Shown: piece by piece, positions 1 to 10,768 of the stretch
Position numbering within the stretch: the first letter of the stretch is position 1
Layout of the letters: each line of letters begins with the position of its first letter
Assembly (NCBI RefSeq): GCF_000737315.1
Contig: NZ_JMCB01000010.1
Span: 124,001 to 188,000 of the forward strand
Direction of reading: 5' to 3'
From: Hyalangium minutum
GTDB lineage: Bacteria > Myxococcota > Myxococcia > Myxococcales > Myxococcaceae
Length of the DNA stretch: 64,000 bases
Program-made: the position numbers and the translations under genes
Notes under the pieces: generated by a model
What the model saw: the letters and a program-made list of their open reading frames with translations, nothing else
Told to the model about the DNA's origin: nothing
The model's database searches: none

Positions 1-1768
1 AGCCCGCGTAGAGGGACTGGAAGCCGTCATACCGATCCGTGAGGAAGGTGCGCTCCTCGGCCAGGAACGAGGGGCCCAGGTTCTCCGCCGAGAACATCTC
101 CTCGGCCGGCAGCGACAGGAGCGCGGGGTCCTCCCCGACGAACAGGAAGGCGAAGCGCCGCGCGTCGAAGCGCCGTTGAGACAGCTGTGCCGAGGCGCCC
201 GTGGTGAACTCCACGCGCCCCACCGGCACGCGCAGCGAGACGCTGGCGCCTCCGCTCGTGTCGCTGAGGGTGGAGAAGAACCGCTCACCGCTGTTGGCCG
301 CCTGGCGGAAGCGCCGCACACCGTCATCCTCCAGGTACAGCAGGTCGCGCGTGTCGGGCTCCTCGGCGTGGGTCACGGACACGTTCCCCTGCCACCGCAA
401 CACCGCGCCCTCCGTGCCGAAGCGGTGCGTGCCTCGGAGCTGGTTGAAGCTGAGCATGCGCTGGGCGAACTTCAGGCGCGTGGCGTCGAAGTTGGCCCCA
501 TCCGTGTCGGAGAAGCCGCTGAGGTATTGCGCCGAGTCCTCCGTGGACCGGCTGAAGAGCGCCAGGAGGCTCACGTCATTCAGCGCGTCCCACTGGTAGC
601 CCGCGTTGAGGAGCGCTCCCAGGTTCGTGTTCGTCGCCCCGAACTCCGAGCGGTAGAGGTCCTTGGGAATCAGCTCCTGCTCGTCAATGCGGAAGGTCTG
701 CACGTCAGCGTTCGTCGCCGCCGCGCTCCGAGAGAACGTCGCGCTGGCCAGATAGCCGAAGGCCCGCCCCCCACCCCACTGGTGGGTGTTGCCCACCGAG
801 ACGCTCAGGCCGCCGTTGGGCAGGCCGCCGGACCTGCGGCTGCTCCAGACGTTGGAGAAGCTCTCGCTCACCTCCTCGGCCTGGGAATCCCGCGTGGTGA
901 GCGCCCGGTCTTCGGGGACGCTCTCGGGCAGCCCGCGGCTGCCGTCGTCGATGCCCAGCCCGTCCAGGCTCCCGCCCTCATAGCTGCGGCGCGAGTGGAA
1001 GGTGGACTCACTGTTGACGCCCAGCGACAGCTTCACCTGCGCCTGGAAGGTGGCGGGATAGGAGTTGGTCTCGATGCCCAGCACGCCGCCCGCGAAGGCA
1101 CCGCCCAGCTCCGCCGAGTAGGTCTTCTGCACCGTGAGCGTGGACAGGAGCGCGTTGGGGAAGAGGTCCAGCGGCGCCTGATGGCCATCCGGATCCGTGC
1201 TCGGCAGGCTGACCCCGTTGACGACGGTGGCGGCGTAGCGCCCGCCCAGGCCCCGCAGGAAGACGTTGCGCCCCACCACCGTGGCCGACGTCACGCGCTT
1301 GACCGCGTCCCCGGCGTTCGAGTCCGGCGAGCGGGAGATCTGCTCGCTGCCGATCGAGTCCTGCACCGTGTTCGCCATCTTCCGCTGGAGCAGCAGCCCG
1401 CTCTCGCTCTGGGTGTCCACCGTCCCGATGACGACGACCTCTTCGACGAACGAGCCCTCCACCGGCTTGAGCGCGAGATCTCGCTGCAGGAAGCCGTCCG
1501 CCACCTTCACGCCCTTCACGTCCACGCCCTCGTACTGGTCGCACCAGAAGCGCACGTCATAGGTGCCAGGCGGCAGGGACAGCTCGTAGTTCCCCTCCAG
1601 ATCCGTCTCCACGAACGTGTTGCCGCCGGAGATCACCGAGACCGGGCACACCAGCAGCGGCTCGCCCGTCTTGGCATCCGTGAGCCGCCCTCGAAGCCCC
1701 GCCCCCGCCTGAGCGAAGGCGGTACCACTGACGGCGGCCAAAACCACTGCAAACGCGGAGCGACTCAT
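1..1768 (-). CDS. TonB-dependent receptor (carboxypeptidase-regulatory-like N-domain + plug), 5' part only; continues off the left edge
   Basis: Absent from the ORF track because it has no stop in the window. Manual minus-strand translation from ATG 1768 gives MSRSAFAVVLAAVSGTAFAQ (signal peptide), GRLTDAKTGEPL...TDLEGNYELSLPPGTY, EEVVVIG, DSIGSEQISRSPDSNAGDAVKRV, VFLRGLGGRY, LDLFP (plug motifs). Confidence 0.9.
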   Translation of the reverse strand, partial: MSRSAFAVVLAAVSGTAFAQAGAGLRGRLTDAKTGEPLLVCPVSVISGGNTFVETDLEGNYELSLPPGTYDVRFWCDQYEGVDVKGVKVADGFLQRDLALKPVEGSFVEEVVVIGTVDTQSESGLLLQRKMANTVQDSIGSEQISRSPDSNAGDAVKRVTSATVVGRNVFLRGLGGRYAATVVNGVSLPSTDPDGHQAPLDLFPNALLSTLTVQKTYSAELGGAFAGGVLGIETNSYPATFQAQVKLSLGVNSESTFHSRRSYEGGSLDGLGIDDGSRGLPESVPEDRALTTRDSQAEEVSESFSNVWSSRRSGGLPNGGLSVSVGNTHQWGGGRAFGYLASATFSRSAAATNADVQTFRIDEQELIPKDLYRSEFGATNTNLGALLNAGYQWDALNDVSLLALFSRSTEDSAQYLSGFSDTDGANFDATRLKFAQRMLSFNQLRGTHRFGTEGAVLRWQGNVSVTHAEEPDTRDLLYLEDDGVRRFRQAANSGERFFSTLSDTSGGASVSLRVPVGRVEFTTGASAQLSQRRFDARRFAFLFVGEDPALLSLPAEEMFSAENLGPSFLAEERTFLTDRYDGFQSLYAG

Positions 1769-1958
1769 GGGCCCTCGAGATTCCTTGGGGGAGAAATTCG
1801 GGGCACCTTCTACGCGCTCAATATTGCAACTCCGTCACTGCTCCTGGCCAAGTGCGTGAAGTGACGGTGACGAATCCCGGGAGGCCCTCCCCTCTGGCAC
1901 CCGAAGCTTTGTTCCGGGGATGCAACTTTTTCCGGGTTCAGGCGATAATTACCGCACC

Positions 1959-3323
1959 ATGAAGACCTCCCGGACTGATCCGCGCCCTGCCCCACTCCGC
2001 ACCGACGTCGCTCGCGAGGCTCCCCAGGCCACGCCTCGCAACGAGCTCAAGTCCCAGACCCCGGCGGCGCGCCGTCCGGCCGAGACAGCCTCCTTCTTCG
2101 ACACGAAGGCCCGCGCGCCCAGCACGGAGACCCTGGGTGGCGCCGCGATGGCGCTCCAGCCCTCGCGCGTGGCTCCGGGCAGCTACCCCAACGTCTCGGA
2201 CGTGAACGCCATCGCCAGCATGAAGGATCCGGTGGCGCGCAACCTGGCCATCACCCAGGGCTACCACGACATCTCCAACGCCATGGGAGACCTGCTGGGC
2301 AAAGAGAACGCCAACTGGGCCACCTTCGGCACGTGGGCCTCGAAGCAGGCGGGCGCCAGCATCCGCCAGGAGGACCTGCCCAAGTTCTTCATGGACGCCA
2401 TCAAGGGCTCCGGCGCCGTGGGCGAGAAGCTGTCCAAGATGGACGATGTGCTGCGCAAGCTCGGCCTGCCCGCACTGCCCCTGGGTGACATCGCCGCGGG
2501 CGCCCAGGACGCGCTCAACAAGGTCAGCAGCGCCATCGCGGAGGGCAACCAGTTCGTCTTCCGGGAGATTGGCTCGGAGATGGCGCGCTTCGTCGACACC
2601 TTCAAGGACGCCCCGCACTACGACCAGGCCCAGGTGAACAAGTTCCTGGACAGCATCCCCTCCGACAAACCCCTCCTCAAGGAGGCCTTCGCCGCCTACG
2701 CCAAGGCTCAGTTCGAGCAGGATCCGAACAAGAAGGCCGAGCTGATGCTCCTGGGCAACAACAAGATCGGCCTGCACGAGCAGACGCAGCTCACCCCCTA
2801 CATCGAGCGCGCGCTGAACGCTCCGGTGAAGGAGACCTTCAAGAAGATCCTCGACCAGACCATCGACGCGGGCATCAAGGCCCTGCCCTTCCCGCTGGAG
2901 CAGGGCGCCAAGCTGCTCAAGAAGACGGGCATCGTGGACGCGGCCGCGGACGCGCTCGTGGACACCCTGGCCGGCGCCTTCCGCCGCTTCTCGACCGAGC
3001 ACATGATGAAGCTGGCCGTCCCCGGTGGCGCGCTGAAGATCGGCAACGATCTGCCGCCCCCCGCCGGCTACGAGAAGGACCTCTTCCCGCCCAACCTGCG
3101 CTCCATCGAGAACCCCGAGCTGCGTGACGTGCTCGCCCAGCTGGATCGCTCCCCGGACAGCCTCAAGAACACCGGCGCCAAGGACTGGAGCAAGCTGGAT
3201 CAGCGGATGAACTACATCATCGACCTGTTCCGCTCGCGTCAGTCCGACCCGCACCTCTTCGATCCGCCCTTCGGCCGCGCGGGCCGCTACCCCGTGGCCA
3301 CCTCCCAGCCGCGCGTCAGCTAA
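1959..3323 (+). CDS. Hypothetical protein (helical, motif ANWATFGTWASKQAG)
   Basis: Long ORF with strong GC3 bias. ATG 1959 preferred over 1920. Disordered Pro/Ala/Thr-rich N-terminus. Confidence 0.8.
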   Translation: MKTSRTDPRPAPLRTDVAREAPQATPRNELKSQTPAARRPAETASFFDTKARAPSTETLGGAAMALQPSRVAPGSYPNVSDVNAIASMKDPVARNLAITQGYHDISNAMGDLLGKENANWATFGTWASKQAGASIRQEDLPKFFMDAIKGSGAVGEKLSKMDDVLRKLGLPALPLGDIAAGAQDALNKVSSAIAEGNQFVFREIGSEMARFVDTFKDAPHYDQAQVNKFLDSIPSDKPLLKEAFAAYAKAQFEQDPNKKAELMLLGNNKIGLHEQTQLTPYIERALNAPVKETFKKILDQTIDAGIKALPFPLEQGAKLLKKTGIVDAAADALVDTLAGAFRRFSTEHMMKLAVPGGALKIGNDLPPPAGYEKDLFPPNLRSIENPELRDVLAQLDRSPDSLKNTGAKDWSKLDQRMNYIIDLFRSRQSDPHLFDPPFGRAGRYPVATSQPRVS

Positions 3324-3392
3324 GTACCGGAATTCAAAGGGTTCGATTCCGCCCTTCCTTTGTTACACAGCATTTCAGGAAAGAAATCGAAA

Positions 3393-3421
3393 TTCACAAA
3401 GCCATGCTCATGGCTTATAAA
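3393..3421 (+). promoter_or_regulatory. Sigma70-like promoter with a palindrome in the spacer
   Basis: TTCACA (3393-3398), 17 bp, TATAAA (3416-3421). Spacer holds AAGCCATG-CT-CATGGCTT (3399-3416). Lies 74 bp upstream of the M35 ATG. Confidence 0.6.
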
Positions 3422-3494
3422 GCGCGTACCCCGAAGGCACGCGTCCTCGGGGTGGATCCGTGTCGTGTTTCCCCACGAAAGGAAGCAATCCCCC

Positions 3495-4577
3495 ATGAGC
3501 AACTCCCCTCGTTCCCTGCGCTGGCTGGTTGGTGGCCTCGTTGGTTTCTCGCTGCTGACCGGCTGTGGCGCGCCGGATGAGCAGGCTGGCAACACCGAGA
3601 TCACCGCTCCCGAGGCCGTCGCTGGCGAGCTCGCCGTGAGCATCTCCGCTGGTACCTCGGCCCTGCGCGCCTCGGACGCCGCGGCGGTGACGGTCACCCT
3701 GACCAACGTCTCGGGCCACTCGGTGCGCGTGCTCAAGCGCGACACGCCGGTGGACGGCATCAAGAACGATCTGTTCTCCGTGACGCGCGATGGCGCCGCG
3801 GTGGCGTACATCGGCCGTCACTACAAGTGGGCCGCCGCCCAGGCCGAGGACTTCCTCACCCTGGCCCCGGGCGAGAGCCTCACCCGCACGGTGGACCTGG
3901 CGAGCGCGTATGACCTGGCGGTGAGCGGCAACTACACCGTGGGCTACGCCGAGGCCATCCACGGCGGCGCCGCACAGTTCGCCTCCAACACGGTGACGGT
4001 CTCCATCGAGGGCCGCCCGTTCGTGCTGCCCCAGGAGTCCTCCGAGCGCGTCGTGTCGCCCTTCGCGCTGTCCACCACGGGCTGCACCAGCTCGCAGGCC
4101 TCGGGCGTCTCGTCGGGCTTCAGCGGCGCGAAGACGTACTCGTCCAACGCGCTGAGCTACCTGACCAACACCACGCCGAGCGGCACCGCGCGCTACACGA
4201 CTTGGTTCGGCGCCTACTCCAGCAGCGGCTGGAGCACCGCGAAGAGCCACTTCTCGTCCATCAACAGCGCCTTCAACAACCAGTCGGTCGTGGTGAGCTG
4301 CGCCTGCACGGACAGCGCCTACGCCTACGTGTACCCGACGCAGCCGTACAAGATCTACGTGTGCAACGCATTCTGGAGCGCGCCCACCACGGGCACGGAC
4401 TCCAAGGCCGGCACGCTGGTCCACGAGATGAGCCACTTCAACGCGGTGGCGGGCACGGATGACTGGGCCTACGGCCAGAGCGCAGCCAAGAGCCTGGCGA
4501 AGTCCAACCCGTCCAGGGCTCTGGACAACGCGGACAGCCACGAGTACTTCGCCGAGAACACCCCCGCGCAGAACTGA
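3495..4577 (+). CDS. M35 family (deuterolysin / peptidyl-Lys metalloendopeptidase-like) lipoprotein with propeptide
   Basis: Lipobox LLTGC; GTLVHEMSHF (HExxH), GTDDWAYG and NADSHEYFAEN aspzincin motifs. Confidence 0.93.
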   Translation: MSNSPRSLRWLVGGLVGFSLLTGCGAPDEQAGNTEITAPEAVAGELAVSISAGTSALRASDAAAVTVTLTNVSGHSVRVLKRDTPVDGIKNDLFSVTRDGAAVAYIGRHYKWAAAQAEDFLTLAPGESLTRTVDLASAYDLAVSGNYTVGYAEAIHGGAAQFASNTVTVSIEGRPFVLPQESSERVVSPFALSTTGCTSSQASGVSSGFSGAKTYSSNALSYLTNTTPSGTARYTTWFGAYSSSGWSTAKSHFSSINSAFNNQSVVVSCACTDSAYAYVYPTQPYKIYVCNAFWSAPTTGTDSKAGTLVHEMSHFNAVAGTDDWAYGQSAAKSLAKSNPSRALDNADSHEYFAENTPAQN

Positions 4578-4604
4578 TAAACGCGCGGTGAGCTGAAGTA
4601 CCCC

Positions 4605-4639
4605 GGACGGGAGCGGCGACGCTCCCGTCCTTCTTTTTT
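4605..4639 (+). terminator. Rho-independent terminator
   Basis: Perfect 11-bp stem GGACGGGAGCG/CGCTCCCGTCC, GCGA loop, then TTCTTTTTT. Confidence 0.85.
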
Positions 4640-4651
4640 GGAGACACCTGG

Positions 4652-5221
4652 ATGACTCGAAGAATCGTGGGTTGGATGGCCCTGCTCTGCCTGGCGGCCA
4701 GCGCTGGCGCATGCGCTTCACAGAAGGAAGGAACGACGGACATGCCTCCTCCCAGCAGCACTGAGGGCTCCACGTTGGCGGCGGCTCCCCTGAGCTGCGC
4801 GCTGAGCGTGGCGCCGCGGCTCAAAGTGGGCGAGCCGGTGAAGGTGACCTTCCGGCTCACCAACCCGACGGCGCAGCCGCTGTACGTGCTGAACTGGCGC
4901 ACACCGCTCGAGGGGCTGAAGAGCAGCTGCCTGGAGATCTCCCGCGCGGGCACGGAGATTCCCTACCAGGGGCCCATGTTCAAGCGCGGCAACCCGGGGG
5001 CGGAGGCCTACGTGGAGATTGCCCCGGGCGCCACGGTGGAGAACACCATCGAAGCCCAGCTGGCCTATGACTTCTCGCAGCCGGGAACCTACCGCATCGC
5101 GTTCCCGGGGCCGGTGCTGGACTCCACCTCGCAGAAGGCCGAGGTTCCCCGCCCCCTGGAACAGCACCGCGAGCGTGCGGTGCAGTGCCAGGCGGTGGAG
5201 ACGCAGATCGTCTCGCCCTGA
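4652..5221 (+). CDS. Lipoprotein homologous to the M35 propeptide, with no catalytic domain
   Basis: Lipobox-like SAGAC. VTFRLTNPTAQPLYVLNWRTPLEG and IAPGATVENTIEAQLAYDFSQPGTYRI align by eye with VTLTNVSGHSVRVLKRDTPVDG and LAPGESLTRTVDLASAYDLAVSGNYTV of the upstream peptidase. No HExxH. Confidence 0.8.
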   Translation: MTRRIVGWMALLCLAASAGACASQKEGTTDMPPPSSTEGSTLAAAPLSCALSVAPRLKVGEPVKVTFRLTNPTAQPLYVLNWRTPLEGLKSSCLEISRAGTEIPYQGPMFKRGNPGAEAYVEIAPGATVENTIEAQLAYDFSQPGTYRIAFPGPVLDSTSQKAEVPRPLEQHRERAVQCQAVETQIVSP

Positions 5222-7069
<1,848 letters not shown>

Positions 7070-7278
7070 GGCCTCTCCCGTCACTGAAGGGGCTCGCTGC
7101 CTGGCCATACGAAGTGGTCAGCGGCGCCCGTGAGACAGGAAAAGTCTTACGTCGATTGATTCTAGAGTCAACCCTAACTGACGCCTCGCGTCGTGCGGTA
7201 GTCACACGACCCCCGCCGGCGTGTCCGGAATCATGAGCGCGGGGGGAGGGATCCACCCCTCCCCTTTGGATCAGGGGA

Positions 7279-7953
7279 CTACTTCTTGACCTTCTTCGCG
7301 GCCGCCGCAGCCCCATTCCCATTCGCTGGGGGAGATAGCGGGGCGGGCGTGGCCGTGGCCGTCTTGGCGGACTTCTTGGCGGTGCTGGGAGCCTTCTTGG
7401 AGCCGGTCTCCTCGGCCTCGGAGCCCTCCGCCTGCCCGCCTGACTGCTGGTCGAGGATGCTCTCGCGCGGCACCTCGACGACGATGGGGGCCTGGCCGGC
7501 GCGCTGCCGGTTCTCGTCCTCCAACGAGTAGAAGAGCTGGATGACGGACTGGCCCTTCATCAGCAGCTCGCCGCGTTGGTTCTCCGCCCAGAGATCAATG
7601 TCGACGAAGTAGCGGCCGCCGGAGCCATGACGATCGCTCACCCGGCCCTTGCAGACCACGGTGTCGCCCGGCCACACCATCTTGATGAAGCGGACGTTGT
7701 AGCGGCGCAGCTGGCCGCCCCGGGCCCAGTCGCTGATGAGCTGCCCAAGCATGCCCATGATGAGCATGCCGGGGGCGTACACGGAGGGCATGCCCACGCT
7801 CTTGGCGTAGACCTCGTCCACGTGCACCGGGTTGTAGTCACCGCTGGCGCCCGCGTAGCGGGACAGCTGGACACGATCCACCGGAGCCTTGGCGAGCGCT
7901 GGCAGCTCGTCACCAACTCGGATGGCTTCGAAGTAGAGCTTGCGCGCGGGCAT
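7279..7953 (-). CDS. MaoC family (R)-specific hydratase/dehydratase, catalytic subunit, with Lys/Ala-rich tail
   Basis: YAGASGDYNPVHVD hydratase-2 motif. Confidence 0.9.
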   Translation of the reverse strand: MPARKLYFEAIRVGDELPALAKAPVDRVQLSRYAGASGDYNPVHVDEVYAKSVGMPSVYAPGMLIMGMLGQLISDWARGGQLRRYNVRFIKMVWPGDTVVCKGRVSDRHGSGGRYFVDIDLWAENQRGELLMKGQSVIQLFYSLEDENRQRAGQAPIVVEVPRESILDQQSGGQAEGSEAEETGSKKAPSTAKKSAKTATATPAPLSPPANGNGAAAAAKKVKK

Positions 7954-8402
7954 CAGGCGTTCTCCTTCGCGGCGCGGACGATCAGGGTGCGGCGGGCTCG
8001 GAAGACCAGGTTGCCTTCTTCATCCCGACCCTCGTCCTCGATAACGGCCACATCCATCCTCCCGGCGGGACCGCTGCGCTCCAGCACATCCGCCACCTTG
8101 GTGGCCACGTAGATGCGGTCCCCGGCGAAGATGGGGCGCTCATACTCGAAGCCCTGCTCGGCGTGCAGCAGGCTCTTGATGCCCACCCCGAGCAGTTCGC
8201 GCAGATCCGCCGCGGAATGGAACGACGCGGGGAAGGTGGGCGGCGCCACGATGGTGGGGTAGCCAGAAGCCCGGGCGTACTCCTCATCGTAATAGATGGG
8301 GTTGTAGTCCCCGATCGCCTCGGCGAAGCGACGGATTGAACCCTTCTCCACCTCATTGAGCGTCGGCGGCGAGGAGCGGCCGATCGCATTCTTGTCCAGC
8401 AT
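7953..8402 (-). CDS. MaoC-like N-terminal / FAS1-type hot-dog protein
   Basis: VEKGSIRRFAEAIGDYNPIY, APPTF, LLHAEQGFEYERPIFAGD. Overlaps the next gene by 1 bp. Confidence 0.9.
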   Translation of the reverse strand: MLDKNAIGRSSPPTLNEVEKGSIRRFAEAIGDYNPIYYDEEYARASGYPTIVAPPTFPASFHSAADLRELLGVGIKSLLHAEQGFEYERPIFAGDRIYVATKVADVLERSGPAGRMDVAVIEDEGRDEEGNLVFRARRTLIVRAAKENA

Positions 8403-8419
8403 TTCCCCTCCCTATGACT

Positions 8420-9421
8420 CTATCGACCGGCAGGAAGCTCGAGCACGGTCAGCAGTCCGGCCTCAGCGGCCGTTAAACGTGGCGCGGCATTCACCAGCGT
8501 ATTCGCGGTGGCCCGGTCACCGGCCACTCCCCCCGGGATCTCGACAACAAGTTTCGGGTCCGCGTCGATCTCGATGCGGTCCTTTGGATCTTCAGCACCC
8601 ACGGCGATGGTCAGCTCCAGGCGTACCCGCTCCTGCTCCTCCTCCAACCCCACCACCGACTGGAAGATGCCCGCCACCCGTCCTTTTCGCACCGGGAACG
8701 CGCCACCGGAGATGTCCTCCTCGGCGAAGACGGGAGCGACCTCTTCCTCATAGTCGTCGCAGTCCATGCCGAGCCCCAGCGCGCACAGCGCCGCGGACTC
8801 CACCAGTCCCACGTGCCCCAGCTGGTCCTTATCCACCAGCGCGAAGAACTCGTCCTCCGTCAGCCCCGCGCCCACCTTGCGCTGCAGGGCCTCACGGCGC
8901 GTGCGCGCATCCACCACCCGCGTCACCGTGACACGGCGAACGGGGCCACAGACCTGCCCCACGGTGGCCACCAGGCGATCCATGATGAAGCCCGGATTGA
9001 CGCCCGTGCCCAGCACCGCCACGCCCGCCTTCTGCGCGGCGCGCTCCAGCTTCGCGGCCAGCTCTGGGTGCTTGAGGAAGGGGAACGCGAGCTCCTCGCA
9101 GGTGGAGACCACGCCCACGCCGAGCTTCACCGCGTCGAGGATCTGATCCATCACCTGCGGCAGCCGGGAGCCCGTGGCATGCAGCAGCACCACGCCCTTG
9201 CGCCGGCCCAGCGCGCGCTCGAGCGAGTCCGCCACCTTGAGCTTGGACGTGGGCTGCCCCAACACCTCGGCCAATGGCTGCCCCACGAGCTGCGGGCTGG
9301 TGTCCACCGCGCCAATCAGCTCCACCTCGGGAGAGGCCAGCGCTGCACGCGCGATCTCTTGCCCGATGAACCCAAGCCCCATCACCACCACCGGGACCGG
9401 CCCTGCGGCGGCTCTAGCCAT
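8420..9421 (-). CDS. NAD(P)-dependent dehydrogenase, DapB-like / 2,4-diaminopentanoate dehydrogenase-like
   Basis: Rossmann GLGFIG, STCEEL, GTGVNPGF, GGVAGDRATA. Confidence 0.85.
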   Translation of the reverse strand: MARAAAGPVPVVVMGLGFIGQEIARAALASPEVELIGAVDTSPQLVGQPLAEVLGQPTSKLKVADSLERALGRRKGVVLLHATGSRLPQVMDQILDAVKLGVGVVSTCEELAFPFLKHPELAAKLERAAQKAGVAVLGTGVNPGFIMDRLVATVGQVCGPVRRVTVTRVVDARTRREALQRKVGAGLTEDEFFALVDKDQLGHVGLVESAALCALGLGMDCDDYEEEVAPVFAEEDISGGAFPVRKGRVAGIFQSVVGLEEEQERVRLELTIAVGAEDPKDRIEIDADPKLVVEIPGGVAGDRATANTLVNAAPRLTAAEAGLLTVLELPAGR

Positions 9422-9671
9422 TGGAGAACTCTCCAGAAATTCAAGGGGTTACACGCATTTACAGCACTGCCGCGCACCATAAACCACCCCCCACCAGACA
9501 GGCAAGCATGACTTGGGTGTCAAGGAGGTGTGGCGCTGGGTAATTTCCAGGAATTTCCTGCACTTGGGAACCTGGACTGAAGTCTGAGGTGGTGCAGGCC
9601 CCCCCTATATGGGGGGAACTGAAGGCGTGTATAACAGCTCTCCAAGCTTTGCCGTTGGAGACCTCAGACCC

Positions 9672-10766
9672 ATGGACCGCATCCTCGTGGTGGATGACGA
9701 CGTGCGCATCCTTGCCGCGCTCTCCCGAATCTTCCAGTCCGAGGGCTACGAGGTCGTCACCCACAACGATCCCTCTCTGGCCGCTCGCGAGGAAGGGTTT
9801 CAGGTGGTGCTGACGGACTTCATGATGCCGTACCTCAACGGCATCGAGTTGCTGGCCGCCCTGCGGGAGAAGAACCCGCGCGCGGTACGGCTCATGCTCA
9901 CGGCGGCGGCGGACTTCCGTACGGCCTCGGAGGCGGTGAACCGCGGCGAGGTGTTCCGGCTGCTGGGCAAGCCGTGGTCGCTGTCGGACCTGACGAGCAG
10001 CGTGCGGCAGGCCTTCGAGCACTACAGGCTGGTGGAGGCCAACGAGCGGCTGACGCGCGAGGTGGCCGAGAAGAACGCGGAGCTGCTGGCCATCAACCGG
10101 GACCTGGAGCGTCTGGTGGTGGAGCGGACCACGGGCCTGCTGGATGGGCTCATCAGCGCGCTGGACTACCGGGACACGGAGACGCAGTGGCACTCGCGGC
10201 GCGTGTCCCTGTATGCGCGGCGGCTGGCCGAGGAGATCGGCCTGCAGGGCGCGGCCCTGGACGTGATTGAGCAGGGCGCGTTGCTGCACGACATCGGGAA
10301 GATTGGCGTGAAGGACTCCATCCTGCTCAAGCCGGGGCCGTTGACCCCTGATGAGTGGGAGGAGATGCGGAAGCACCCGGAGTTCGGATACCGGATGCTG
10401 GCGAAGATGCCCTACCTGTACGACGCCTCCCTGATCGTCATGCAGCACCAGGAGCGCTGGGACGGCAAGGGCTACCCGAAGAAGCTGTCCGGCGAGTCCA
10501 TCGTGATTGGCGCGCGCATCTTCGCCATCGTGGACACGCTGGACGCCATCACCTCGGACCGGCCGTACCGCAAGGGCCGGGACCTCCAGGTGGCCCGGGA
10601 TGAGATTGCCCGGTGCTCGGGCACCCAGTTCGATCCGGCTCTGGCGCAGGCGTTCCTGCGCGTCCCGGAATCGGAGTGGCTGCGCATCCGCCACCAGGTG
10701 GAGGCCATGGAAGCCGAGGAGATGCAGCGCTTCGGCCACCTGCCCCACCCGCTCGCCGTGGCGTAG
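9672..10766 (+). CDS. Response regulator with HD-GYP phosphodiesterase (RpfG-like)
   Basis: REC domain (ILVVDDD, LTDFMMP, LGKPW) plus LHDIGKIG and HQERWDGKGYP, DAITSDRPYRK. Confidence 0.95.
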   Translation: MDRILVVDDDVRILAALSRIFQSEGYEVVTHNDPSLAAREEGFQVVLTDFMMPYLNGIELLAALREKNPRAVRLMLTAAADFRTASEAVNRGEVFRLLGKPWSLSDLTSSVRQAFEHYRLVEANERLTREVAEKNAELLAINRDLERLVVERTTGLLDGLISALDYRDTETQWHSRRVSLYARRLAEEIGLQGAALDVIEQGALLHDIGKIGVKDSILLKPGPLTPDEWEEMRKHPEFGYRMLAKMPYLYDASLIVMQHQERWDGKGYPKKLSGESIVIGARIFAIVDTLDAITSDRPYRKGRDLQVARDEIARCSGTQFDPALAQAFLRVPESEWLRIRHQVEAMEAEEMQRFGHLPHPLAVA

Positions 10767-10768
10767 GT

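Noticed and set aside
176-1864. 562-aa plus-strand ORF
   Set aside because: Antisense shadow of the TonB receptor gene; Arg/Ala-rich and without motifs.
1938-3254. Long antisense or alternative-frame ORFs here and elsewhere (e.g. 5600-7087, 13510-15462, 17801-19972, 31177-32688, 37989-40322, 50979-52505)
   Set aside because: Expected stop-poor shadows of real genes in high-GC3 DNA; no recognisable domains.
3339-3350. GGGTTCGATTCC resembling a tRNA T-loop
   Set aside because: The flanks do not form T-arm, acceptor or anticodon stems, and there is no CCA.
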